DNA of 64,000 bases from Octopus sinensis (lineage: Eukaryota): the NCBI RefSeq assembly GCF_006345805.1, contig NC_043019.1, positions 4,339,360 through 4,403,359 of the forward strand, given 5' to 3'. How positions within the stretch are numbered: the first letter of the stretch is position 1; every line of letters begins with the position of its first letter. A program made the translations under genes and the position numbers. Below, in pieces: positions 26,248 through 39,443 of the stretch. The notes under the pieces were generated by a model. It searched no databases. It was not told the origin of the DNA and saw only the letters and a list, made by a program, of their open reading frames with translations.

Positions 26248-26523
26248 ACTAGTAGTATCGCCCGGCGTTGCTCGGATTTGTAAGGGAAATAACTATATAA
26301 ACATTTTTAGAGAATTATAGCAAAAAAATGCATTAATGATGGTAAATTTTTTTAAAATCGTAGACTCATCGTAGACGCGCGCTAATACCCAGAAGGGCTC
26401 GATATGAATCACGACTATAAGATGCCCGCTTTTGGTTAAACTGCACCGCAAAATGTGGGAGTAGTTAGGAATCTAAATGGTAGGAGACAGACACCACACA
26501 ACTTCACTTTTCTATATATAGAT
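26248..26523 (+). mobile_element. HINE family 1
   Basis: Same termini. Confidence 0.7.
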
Positions 26524-27652
26524 TTTCTTCAAACTTTACTTTTGTTACATCTGTTCAAACAGAATCCCTCTCAAAACTTGGCTGTGTTGCTCCCCGACAA
26601 CTCCTGCTCGTGTTCAGAGATGCACATATTGCCAGTCACTAAGGAACATGCTCAAATGGTTGAGGTCAAGCAGACGACAAGCAAATCATATTGTGTGTAT
26701 GTGTGTATGTGTGCGTGTGCGTATGTGTGAGAGTTCGTATGATTCTTGTGCGTATTTTTATATATCATGCAACTCATTAGGGGTTAATAATGAAGCGTGA
26801 ATAACTGAAGGTGTATTAAAATAATTGTGTGTCCATTACTCTCCTTATCTCTCTCTTTATCTCTCTCTCTCTCTCTCACTCACTCACTCACTCACTCACG
26901 CGCACACACACAAACACACGTGTGCACATATACATACACACATATATATTATATATATATATATATATATAATATATATATATATTATAATATATATATA
27001 TTATATATATATATATATATATATCGGGCAATAATCTAGTAGCTCTGCGTCGGCAAGATTTGAAAAAATAAAGCAAAAAGTGAAAAGGATATAGCGAACT
27101 TGCTGTGAGGGGTGGACTATCCAACGTTTCGGATTCAATCCTTCGTCAAGGAGTAGAAGAAAAAGGAAGATAGAGAGAAAAAAGTCAAACAGAGTTTACA
27201 TCCTCTCAGCTTGAAAAGTTGCACCCAGTTTTTCAAGCTGAGAGGATGTAAATTCTGTTTGACTTCTACAAATATATATATATTATAATATATATATATA
27301 TTTGTAGAATAGTTGTTTATTTTTTACTTTTACCATTATAGTTTTTTACGTTTTTGTATTCTTATTGGTGTCACGTATTCTGTTTTTTGTTTGTGTACTT
27401 CGTTCGTTTTCCGTCCTCGCGTTGTATACATTCGAAGCTTTCTTCCAGGGGATCTAATGCGCTTGGCTTAGATTTCCCTTGGCGGGCTGGCCATATCGGA
27501 GCAATCTCAAGATTAATCAGCCGAAATTGCTAAGATGATCTGGTTCTTGACTGATGACTGAGGGCTTCGAATGTCCCGTCCTGTGGTTCTTGTGTCGTCT
27601 CTTTGGTGTTTCATGTTCTTGTCCATGTCTGCAATTATTTTTACTGTTTACC

Positions 27653-27711
<59 letters not shown>

Positions 27712-28479
27712 ATATATATATGAAAAAACAAGTAAAAAATAGAAAATGCTAAAATAATTTTATAGTGAACATTTCAGTACCGGTTTCGGTCATTTTGAGA
27801 CCTTTTCAACTGTAACGATTAAATAATTAAATTTAGAAAAATTAGAAGAAAAGTTTTTTTAAAAGAATATTTCTATAGTAGTGTTCAGATTTAAGTGGCA
27901 TTCTGCCTTTCTCTGACTCCCTTGTTTGCACTTGTGTGTTCGAGGTAGTTGTGAGCTCTTGGTAGGGTAGTAGAGAGAAGGCTGGTGAGGAAAGGGGGGT
28001 GGGAGAATCTGGGAGTGCCCTGATGGTCGTATTTTGAATGGTCAGTGGCGGCTGGCAGTCTCAGTTCAATTCAGGAGAATATTTATATTGACAGGCTTCT
28101 TTATAGAATTAGCGTAGGTGTTATACTAAAAAACATTAGTGACAAACTTAAGGGGTAGGGGGTGGAGAAGAAGAAGAAGAAGAAGAAGGAGAAGGAGAAG
28201 GAGAAGATGACGATGATGGTGATGGTGGTGATGATTATGACGACGATGATGATGATAACGATGATGATGAAGAAGAAGAAGAAGAAGAAGGAGGAGAAGG
28301 AGAAGATGGTGGTGATGATGGTGGCGATGATGATGATGCCGATGATGATGATAACGATGATGATGAAGAAGAAGAGGAAGAAGAAGAAGAAGAAAAAACA
28401 GAGAAGGGAGAATATGAATGGGTGTAAATATAGCTATGAAGGGGCTGATTAGTAATGGATTCTATGGAGTGTAGTATTT

Positions 28480-30291
28480 GTCTGTGTATATATTTTTTTT
28501 TCTTTTATTCTAAAGTTGAGGTATATTAATTGTTTGTCGTAGACCCGTTAAGAAGTGGCTTGTATTTTGTAATAAAGAGATTTTCTTACTTATTCGTTGT
28601 CTCGAGGTTGTATCGTCCCTAAATTGGTAGAGGGGGAAAATTCTGAAGTTTGGTGTTTTTTTTGTTGGCGCAAGTATCTATGTGTTGGCTAAAAGCTATT
28701 TTTCTGTTTTGGGGAATTTTTATCTGAGATCTGTGCAGGGCCATTCGTTTACGCAAACCATTTTTTTTTGTTTGCCTATGTACTGCTCTTGACACCCGGA
28801 GCAGGTTAGTGAGTATATTAGGTTCTCCGAAGCACATGTGAAGTTGCTTTTCACTGTAAAACGTTGTCCCTGTTTGAAGGAGAACTCAGAACCCTCGATT
28901 AGATAGTCGCATATCCCGCAATTGGTCTTCCACATTTTTTTACTGTCGGCTTCTGTGTTGAAGAGTGAATTCGGGCTTGTGTAAGGAGACTTTTCATGGA
29001 TCTAGGCTGTCTTTTGCTTTTTATGATCGTGTGTGTTTGGAGGATTGTGTTCATTCTGTGGTCTTTTTTTAGGAGGGGTATGTTGTGGAGGATGGTGTCG
29101 AAGGCTTCGTTATTGAGAGGGTTGTGTGTGGAGATGTATGGTAAGGCTTTTGGTTGTAAGTTTTTCTTTGATTTGGGATGTCTCAGTTCCTTGATGTTAA
29201 GTTGAAGGGCACGTTGAATGCATTTGTCAATAAGTGAAGGTGGATAGTTCCTGGTGATTAGGGTATCTTTTAGTTCTTGTAGTCGTGTGTCTCTGGTGTT
29301 TGCGTTAGAGACTATAGTGCATATCCTTTTTGCTAGATTGAAGGGGATATTCATCCTGGTGTGTCTGGGGTGGCATGAATTGAATGGAAGATATTGCTTA
29401 GAGTCTGTAGGCTTATAGTATATGTCTGTTTCTATTATATTATTAGCTTTCTTAATGAGGATATCGAGGAAGGGGAGTTGTTGTTGGCTATATTCCATCG
29501 TGAATTGGATGTTTACGTCCAGTCCGTTTAAAATTTTCTGGAATTCTATGAGTTTTTTCTATATTTTTATGCCAAAGGATGAAACAGTCATCTAGATATC
29601 TCTTCCAGTTGTTTTCTATGTAGATGGAGAAAGGGCTGCCATATCTTTCTAGAACCTTACGATACAGACTGATCTCTAGGTATCCTATGACTAGGTTGGC
29701 AAGGAGGGGGCCATTCGTGTACCCATCGCAGTCCCCGATTTTTGTCGGTAGAAGTTGTCATTGAAGGCGAAGAAGTTATTTTCCAGGATGAATTTAACCC
29801 CTTCTATCACAAATTCTTTTTTGATGCGGTGTGGTAGTTCGTTGGCGTGATTCTCTAGCCAGAATTGGATTGCCTCTAGTCCTAGGTTGTGGGGGATATT
29901 GGAGTAGGGGTTGACTACATCGAAGGATACCAGTATGGTGTTTTTGTTTATAAGTATTCGGTAGGTGATTGAGCATATCTAAGTCGTCCCTTATATAGCT
30001 TTTGACATGTTTGAGGAGTGGTTTTAACAGGGTGTCTAAAAGTTACTGAGGCGGTGGGTTTCGCATGCGGGACCTGCTATTATGGGTCTCAATTTGAGGT
30101 CATTAGGATTAGGGACTTTAATTATTTTGTCTGTAGCTATCTTGCATGCGTTGCTTATTTTTTCACTTTTGTGGATCTTAGGTATACCGTAGAATTGGCT
30201 AGTTTTACTTGTGAAATTGGTCATATAATCATATTCTTTGTCGGTTAGCCCTGCTTTGTATGGGTTTAATATGGATTTTAGTTCCCTCAAT
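28480..30291 (-). mobile_element. Penelope-like element remnant (RT + GIY-YIG)
   Basis: FYGIPKIHK..LRPIIAGP, GTAMGT-like, LPFLDILI, YYKPTDSKQYLPFNSCHP, and IYSLTCSGCQEQYIG. Contains frameshifts and stops. Confidence 0.92.
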
Positions 30292-31319
30292 ATACATACA
30301 TGTGTGTGTGTGTACATAGGTGTAGGAGTGGCTGTGTGGTAAGCAGCTTACTTACCAACCACATGGTTCCAGGTTCAGTCTCATTGCGTGTCACTTTGGC
30401 CAAGTGTCTTCTACTATGTATGTACGTACGTATGTATGTATGTATGTACGTACGTACGTATTCGTATATACATACCTGTTTCTTTATTACCCACAAGGGG
30501 CTAAACATAGAGGGGACAAACAAGGACAGACAAACGGATTAAGTCGATTACATCGACTCCAGTGCGTAACTGGTATTTAATTTATCGACCCCGAAAGGAT
30601 GAAAGGCAAAGTCGACCTCGGCGGAATTTGAACTCATAACGTAACGGCTGACGAAATACAGCTACGCATTTCGCCCAGCGTGCTAACTGTTCTGCCAGCT
30701 CGCGGCTCGTGCATAGGCACTGCGGAACTGCAGCATCCCCGTATTTCCCCTCGATATTATCGTTAACATTCAACATAATGAGCCCCTTTTTCTTTAATTC
30801 TTTCTTTATACTTATACATTATATAATCCTTAACCATAATGTCAGTAGCTATACCTTAGTTTATAAAAAAAATACAAAAATCCTTGTGCGCTTCACAGTT
30901 CCAGCGACGCGGTGTTTGGTTGTTGTGTGCATGCTCACATGTCCGAGATAGGAAGCTGCACGCTAGAAAGAGAGAGCACTGTCGTTCACGCAGTGCCGAC
31001 CCTGGTGTGCTGGTGAAAGGTAGTGTTTTCTTTTTGACTCCGCGTGTGCTTAAAAACGTGTTTATATTCTGGAATGTGATAAAGTAAAGAATTAGATTAT
31101 CCTGCTTCCAGCTACAATGCTGCTGCGAGGATTCGAAAAATAGGGCAGATTCTCCTCCCCCTATTTTGTTATTTGGTGGGGGGAATTTTTGAGAAACAAG
31201 GGGGAATTCGCGGCGGTGTTCAGTGAACAAATTAAACACACTACCCGGCAGTGGCTAAAACGCGAACCGATCAAGTTTCTATATACATTTTCTTATTATA
31301 TGTTTGTTTCCTTTTACTA

Positions 31320-31541
31320 TAGGCGTAGGAGTGGCTGTGTGGTAAGTAGCTTGCCTACCAACCACATGGTTCCGGGTTCAGTCCCACTGCGTGACACCTT
31401 GGGCAAGTGTCTTCTACTATAGCTTCGGACCGACCTAAGCCTTGTGAGTGGATTTGGTAGACGGAAACTGAAAGAAACCCTTCGTATATATGCATATGTA
31501 TATATATATATATATTATATATATATATGTATGTATGTATG

Positions 31542-31572
<31 letters not shown>

Positions 31573-31800
31573 TGTGTGTATATGTTTGTGTGTCTGTGTT
31601 TGTCCCCCCAACATCGCTTGACAATCGATGCTGGTGTGTTTACGTCCCCGAAACTAACTTAGCGTTTCGGCAAAAGTGACCGATAGAATAAGTACTGGGC
31701 TTACAAAAGAATAAGTCCTGGGGTCGATTTGCTCGACTAAAGGCGGTGCTCCAGCATGGCCACAGTCACGTGACTGAAACAAGTAAAAGAGTATAAGATT
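31320..31800 (+). mobile_element. SINE family A
   Basis: Full-length copy. Confidence 0.85.
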
Positions 31801-32331
31801 AAAGAGTAATATTAAAACAATGGCTAAAAATTTCCTGAAGCAGCACCCCCAACTATAATAATATCTACGAGCCACCACTGATACGCACACCCACACACAT
31901 GCAAAATGTGTCTTTAAATTCTTTGCTGATTGCCGATTTAACTTTAATGAACGTATTTTATGCGGTAATGAACTTGAAGGACATCAAAGGAAAAGTGTGC
32001 AAAATTATATTACATTAACATAACAACATTAGACTTGCAGAGATATGGCGCAAAGTTAAATATAGAAAACTGGGATATTTTTAATGACGTTTATTTATCG
32101 TAGTAAATGTTTGATAAAAACATCATGGGAAAATAGGTAAAACTATATAAGCAAGCTATTGAATTAGGGATCGCAAAATCAGCGTTATTGTGAATTTTAT
32201 GACGGAGAATGTTCTAATTAAGAGGATATTAAAACCGCAATTTACTGCAAGAAGAGAAGTTGTTTGTCTTGAAAACATTAAACTGCTCCCGATGGTGATG
32301 TTCCAGTTAAAGAGTTTTAACGTGTATGAAG

Positions 32332-32885
32332 CTTACTTACTTGTACTTGTGGCGACATTCACCCTGGGCGGGTTGAGTCGTCTTCTTCTACCACCCTCGA
32401 CGCATCTCGAACCATGGCAGCCCACGCACGACGGTCCTGCGCCAGTTCGCTGGAGATTGCGAGCCAGTCACGGTCTCATCGGCGCAGGCCGACCACCTGC
32501 GGTCCCGTGAGCACAGAGAGGTCCTCCTTGATCGTCGTAGCCCAGGTCTTCAGCTGCCCGCCCGCGCGTTTCCGCCAGTTGCGAAGCGGAGTTGGGAGAA
32601 GGACATCACGGCTCAGTTCACTCACCGGACGCCTACATGCATGGCCAAACCACCGCAAGTGCCGTTGCAGGACAGATGGAAGGGGCCGTAGAGACGGGCG
32701 AAATCGGAGATTAGCAGTGGGAACTCGATCCACCCGACGGCAGCGAAGAATGCACCGGAGGCAGTCATTGTCGAAAACTTCCAGCCTTCGTTGATCGACC
32801 ACCCGCATAGGCCACGTTTCACAGCCATAGAGAAGTACTGTACGGACGACGGCCTGATATATTCGCCCTGATATATATCTCAAAA
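32332..32885 (-). mobile_element. RTE-clade LINE 3' fragment with (AAGT)n/ACAAGT tail
   Basis: IYQAVVRTVLLYGCETW...LRWFGHA...GGQLKTW. Confidence 0.88.
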
Positions 32886-33134
32886 TATATCTTCTACGTA
32901 TGAAGCTGCCTGTTACAAAGCTTGGAGGGACGGGGCATTTCATGTTCGGTGTGTCCCTTATACATAAAAGTTAAAATCCATGACAAATCACCAAATTTAC
33001 ATCTGAAAACCTATCTGTTGCATGTAAATGAATTTGACCAGCTAACCCCTAAAAGTTTAAATGCAACTGTCAATGCAAAACTTTGTCATCTAAACAAAGT
33101 GCAATAAATTCTCCCACCTTATTGCTATATACTA

Positions 33135-33700
33135 TTGTGTTGTCCGGAAAGTTCGTGCCGATTTGTTGTAGCTTACTTTTCCATTTATTTTATAACATGG
33201 TTGAGTTCATAAAATAGGATTTGACTACACCTCCATTTAGAGCACAGTTTAAGCTATCTTTTCGTGGAAGAAGGTTTATGTTCCTATAACCTGTGTTAAT
33301 TCTGTAACCCTTTAAAATGGAAGATAAGAAAGTTCATTTTCGACACTTGATGCTTTGGGAACCAGACAAAAATTGCTGCAGCTCGGCTGGGATGTGTTAC
33401 CCCACCCTCCATATTCACCAGATATTGCTCCTTCGGATTTCCACTTATTCAGGTCTGTGCAGAATAGTCTTAATGGTAAAAATTTCAATTCCTTGGATGA
33501 CGTAAAAAGATACCTTGATGAATTCTTTGCCATGAAGCCACCTCAATTCTGGGAAGAGGGCATTTTCAAGTTAAAGGAAAGATGGAGATGCATTGTGCAA
33601 CAAAATGGTTCATATTTGGTTGATTAAAAATGTAATGGCAAGTATTTATTGACCTTTTTCTTTCCTTTAAAAATCGGCACGAACTTTCCGGACAACCCAA
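33135..33700 (+). mobile_element. Internally deleted mariner element
   Basis: TIR TT(G)GGTTGTCCGGAAAGTTCGTGCCGATTT. N-terminal MEDKKVHFRHLMLW is fused to C-terminal LPHPPYSPDIAPSDFHLFRS. Confidence 0.92.
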
Positions 33701-33734
33701 AACTATAATACTTAGAAAAATTCTTTCTTTCTAC

Positions 33735-34520
33735 TTAGAAAAATTCTTTCTTTCAACACTTGGCATCTGAAAAATCTTTAATGATTTTTCTCAAACTGTA
33801 TCAGATTTTGAACACTACTCTCTACATCCAGAAAGCACAGAACATTTAGTCTTTCATGCTTCATCGTGATTATCAAGGACTAGCACTATAACCCAGCAAC
33901 GCCGGGTCATAGTGCTAGTGCATGCATATACAGCTGCGTGCGTGCGTGCGTGCGCACATACACGCGAGTACTGTCCAAATCTCCGACCATTCACTTACAG
34001 CTGGCTTTCAATTGGCGTATCAAATTTCGAGCATTTTGATTGGGTTTTGGATAGAAAATTCACAAAAAAGTCACTTCTATTGATTTTTTTTAATGGCTTT
34101 GCGGGGTAACTGGGGAAATGTAAAGATGCACGACCATCCTTGGACAGTTTTGAATGACCATAGAAATTGCGAGCCCTCTAACTAAAAAATTGTGGATTTG
34201 TATAAAGGACACACACACAGACATTTTGCCGTTTATATATATATAGATTAAAGGTGTTTGTTGAAGTGGAATGAAACATGATCTGAGCTCACAAAAACTT
34301 GCAAACCGTGCAATTTCTTTTGTGAACACATTACTAAAATCACAGGGGAAATTGGTGATGAGTCTATCTGCTTCAGTTTTTATCGCTGAGTTTGGTAAAC
34401 TACATAAGTTTACTCCAACTTTGAGCTTGTCATGCGCTGATTTGTGAGCAACTCTGCGTTTGTGTAAAGCAACAGACAACTTGATCTAAAAGGACATTGA
34501 AAGCCCTGCATGTGAGTTTC
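33735..34520 (-). pseudogene. hAT transposase C-terminal remnant split by a HINE
   Basis: EADRLITNFPCDFSNVFTKEIARFASF (34250-34500) and TMKHERLNVLCFLDVES...IIKDFSDAK (33735-33878) resemble the hATC dimerisation region. Confidence 0.6.
33879..34248 (+). mobile_element. HINE family 2 with palindromic 5' end, inserted in a hAT remnant
   Basis: Starts ACTAGCACTATAACCCAGCAACGCCGGGTCATAGTGCTAGT and ends CACACAGACATTTTGCCGTTTATATATATATAGAT. Confidence 0.55.
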
Positions 34521-34691
34521 AATATGAGGACGAGAGGGGTGATGTTCTGATGGAGAGGTTAAAGAAAGGCAAAGAGAGAGAGAGAGGGCGATAGAGGGGT
34601 GAGATAGAGGGGAGAGAGGGGTAAAGAGGTGAGAGAGGGGTAAAGAGGGGGGAGAGAGAGAGGGAGAGAGAGAGAGATGGGAGATAGATGA

Positions 34692-34725
<34 letters not shown>

Positions 34726-35137
34726 GGTGGTGGTGGTGGTGGTGGTGGTGGTGGTGGTGGTGGTGGTTGTGGTGTGGTGGTGGTGGTGGTGGTGGTGGTG
34801 GTGGTGGTTTTGGCGGTGGTGGTGGTGGTGGTGGTGGTGGTGGTGGTGGTAGTGGTGGTGGTGGTGGTGGTGGTGGTGGTAGTGATTGTATAGTGAAAAG
34901 TGTATATTTTTCAATTGAACAAAGCTTTTTATATCATCTATCACTTAACGCATGCGCATAAGTGCAATTCCGTGAAATATTCACGCTTATTCACCTGGCA
35001 GATATATACAATTTAACTAAAGGTCGTATCATGTATGGGATATTGTTTATGGGGAAAATGGAAAAGTAAGAATGAATATTTATTTTATGAGTGCTGTGTA
35101 TTATTAAATCTATAAAATTGTGTATAAAGTATATAAA

Positions 35138-35182
<45 letters not shown>

Positions 35183-36897
35183 TAATCATCGTTGTTACAC
35201 ATTCATATCTATGTGTATACGTAGGCATACGTGTGTAGAATACATCCCCACTTTTGGCACTATTTTGTTAGTGAACAGTATGAACTGTGTCTAAAAGTAT
35301 ACATGTATCACTACGCTGAATGTGGACAGTTCGTGTAACGTGAAAAGTAAATAAACACGTAAAACAATAACAATGCCTTCATTTGAGTTGTCTTTCCCAT
35401 TAGAACGAATTAACACATAACAATCGTATTCCAGTTTCCTTCACTTTTCAATGAGTTTTTATAATGGGAAGGCAAGGTTTACGATATCGGAAGAATATCG
35501 TCTTCTTCCATCATCTGTTTCTTCATCGTGTAGTCCAGGCTTCCGACAGGCAAAGAGAGAAAACTTCAAGTACAAATGCTATTTACAACTGGTTTATTTA
35601 CAGGTTTTACAGGATAGGTGAAGTGTGCTGCTCTCAGCTACCATCTTTAGCTTTTTGCGTTGTGCAATAGCTCCGTTAGTGCGGGCGCATTACCTCTGGA
35701 GATGCAACCTACAGACAGGACCAGCCAGTGGTGGTGTTCAGCCAGTGATGCTGCGAAGTGATGCCGTCAAAAATGAGAGAGGTCTGAATCGGGTTTTCCC
35801 TTTATATAGTTTTCCATCACGAGCTTCGTTGTGATCTGGCGCATGGCAAATGGATGCAGGTGAGGCTGGACTCCAGTCTCGGAGATGGCAATGGCTGGAC
35901 CTATCTGTAGGTTGTATCTCCAGATTGGAATATGGCGCTGACTGCTTGTGCCGCTACAGAGTAATAGATGAGTGACTATCTTTCCATACAGACACAACAC
36001 AGGCTATATCTTCAGGGGGTTTTTTTGGATAAAATTTTCAGAAATAACCCAGTAAGTTTACCATTAATTCCGTGAAATATTTACTGGTTCCGCTTGTGTA
36101 AATAAATAAATAAATAAATAAGCGTCACATTTGACGAAGTAATCTGAATGCTAGAGAGTTAAACAAACAACGATGGCGCCCCCACCACCGGCACCCCTGT
36201 CATCATCATCATCGTCATCATCAGCAGCAGCAGCAGCAACACTATTTTAACATTGTCAAATGTCTTGTTTGTGGAGGCGCGTGGCTTAGTGGTTAGGGTG
36301 TCAGCATCATGATCGTAAGATTGTGGTTTCGATTCCTGGACCGTGCGACGCGTTGTGTTCTCGAGCAAACACTTCATTTCACGTTGCTCCAGTCCACTCA
36401 GCTGGCAGAAATGAGTAACGCTGCGATGGACTGGCGTCCTGTCCAGCTGGCGAACACATATGCCATTGAAACCGGGAAACCGGGCCCATGAGCCTGGCTA
36501 GGCTTTAAAAGGGCGTGTTTATTTTGGAGGCGCAATGGCCCAGTGGTTAGGGCAACAGATTCGCGATCGGAGGATCGCGGTTTCGATTCCAAGACTGGGC
36601 GTTGTGTGTATTTATTGAGCAAAAACACCTAAAAGCTCCACGAGGCTCTGGCAGGGGTTGGTGGCGACCCTGTTGTACTCTTTCGCCCCAACTTCCTCTC
36701 ACTCTTTCTTCTTGTTTCTTGAGTAACTCTGTGATGGACTGGTGTCCCGTCCAGCTGGGGGGAACACATATGCCACAGAAACCGGGAAACTGGGCCCATG
36801 AGCCTGGCTAGGCTTGAAAAGGGCGCATAAATAATTTTTTTATTTTAAATGCCTTGTTTACTCGCTGTCGTTATTTTTATGTGTTTTATGAGGTCAT

Positions 36898-37502
36898 TCA
36901 CGCACACACACACGCACACACACACACACACACGCGCACACGCACACACACACACGCACGCACACACACACACGCACGCACACACACACACACACGCACA
37001 CACGCACGCACACACACACACACACGCACACACACACACACGCACAAACACACACACACACACAAACACAGACACACACACAGACACACAAACACACACA
37101 CAGACAGACACACACAGACACACAAACACACACACACACAAACACAGACACACACACACACACACACAACACACACACACAGACACACACACACACAGAC
37201 ACACACACACACAGACACACAAACACACACACACAACACACACACCAGAACACACAAACACAGACACACACACACACACGACGTCGCGCGGACACGCACA
37301 CACACGCACGCACACACACACACTCCACACACACTCACACACACGCACACACACCAAACACACAACACCACACACCAACACACCCACAAACACACACACA
37401 CAAACACACCCAACAACACACACACAACACACACACACGCGGACACGGACACACACGCACACACACACGCGGACACACACACACACACACACAGACACAC
37501 AC

Positions 37503-37570
<68 letters not shown>
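36898..37570. repeat. (CA)n compound microsatellite
   Basis: Seen directly. Confidence 0.95.
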
Positions 37571-37571
<1 letters not shown>

Positions 37572-38904
37572 TTTAAGCGTGTTTGCACACAAGGGTGTTT
37601 CCTGAGAAAGAAAGATTTTCACTTTGAAAGGAAAACAATTCTTTCGCTTTTATTTCTCAGCCGAGTTTCTGGCAAATACTGGTTTTTACCGAGTTCAGTA
37701 ATTTCAGCTTCTGCTTCGTAAAACAGAAAACAAAAGACAACGACAAAGGCGAATGACCTAACCCTACACCATAACCCTCGGCCCAAACCCTGAACCTAAA
37801 GAAAGCAACAAAGATGAATAGTCCTAACAAAAGTGCAGGCGTGGCTTCCCAAACACATGGTTTCGGGTTCAGTCCTATTGCGCGTCACCTCGGGCCGACC
37901 AAAGCCTTGTGAATGGATTTCGTTGACTAAAAGAAGCCAATCGCATACATGTGTGTGTGTGCGCGCGTGTGTATGTGTGTGTGTATGTGTGTGAGTGTGT
38001 GTATGTATGTGTGTGTGTGTGCGTGTGTGTGTCTTGTTTGTCCCTCCCCCACACCACCACCACCACCACCACCACCACCACTACTACGGCTTGACAACTA
38101 GTGTTGGTGTTATAGTTCTATATTTAAGAGATGAGGAATTATGTACATTATTTACATTATTTACATTCGGCGGATTTTTGTCCTCATCTTGTTCGTTGTT
38201 AACATAACGTTTCGGCTGATATGCCCTCGAGCGATGTTGGGGAGACAACACAGATACACAAACGTGTGTATATATATATATATATATATATATTATTATA
38301 TATATATATCTATATATATATATATATATATATAGATATATATTATATATATATATATAGCATAATTAAATCTCAGAATGAGATTGAAACAGTAATCGCT
38401 GGATAATGTAAAGTATAGAAGCCATCTTATCATGGCTAACCACATGGGAAGGGGGTGTTATTGTAGCTTTCTACCCCAAGAGATCGTCGTCTCTAGCTGG
38501 CTTTAGACACAGGAGACGACGAGCACTTGAGGCTAGAAAGCTACAGTAACACCCCCTCCCCAATCTGGTTAGCCATGATAAGATGGCTTCTATACTTTAC
38601 ATTATATATATTATATATATATATATATTATATATATATATAATTAAAATTTTAAAATGAGGGTGAAAAATGGAATATTAATTTGATTAAAATCAACTTA
38701 AAACCAGCGGTCTAGCATATTACAATCTGAAGGTTCAGAAAATTATATTACGTACATAGAAGTGGGGTGAGCACAACGTGGACAACCTTTATGCTGGAAG
38801 TAGATCCGTTATGTTCTTCAGAACATTTCTTAGTGGTAAGACCATAGAGGATCTACTTCTAGCATAAGGGTTGTCCACGTTGTGGGTGTCCTCCTATATG
38901 CATG

Positions 38905-38963
<59 letters not shown>

Positions 38964-39443
38964 ATATAAATATGTATGTATATATATATTTCGTTTTTGG
39001 ATTTGGTTTGCAAGATTCTTTATATGAGTTCGTGTGTTGAAGCATATTCTGTTGTGTCTGGGGAGAGTCATTCTCTTTTAGTGCCTTATTATTTAACACA
39101 CTCACGGACAGGCAGGATACGTACATACAGATGCACACACATACATACACATGCAAACACACACACACACATATACGTACATCCATGCATGTATAGGCAC
39201 ACACACACACACACACACACTGACCCACACACATGCGCACAAACGAACAAAACGGAACGTAGTGTAAATAACGAATAGAGTCAAAACTATTGAAAAGGTT
39301 GCAAGACGAACGAAAATTTCAGAAAATAAAAATAAGAAGAAAAAAAGTGGAAATTCTACCGGTGAGCGTGTTAAATAATAAGGCACTAAAACGGAATGAC
39401 TCCCCCCAGACACATACATATATACATACATATATATATATAT

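Larger units (their letters stand above)
23039..26523 (+). repeat. Tandem duplication: HINE-[MITE+U2 unit]-HINE-[MITE+U2 unit]-HINE
   Basis: 23339-24600 and 24986-26247 align nearly base for base. U2-to-U2 period is 1649 bp. Confidence 0.95.

Noticed and set aside
27500-27600. CTGATGA motif in a repeat shared with 11705-11790
   Set aside because: It is followed by CGAATG rather than GAAA, and no stems I/III could be formed, so it is not called a hammerhead.
31920-32330. Possible Helitron or transposase coding remnant
   Set aside because: Too degenerate, with no diagnostic motif I could name.
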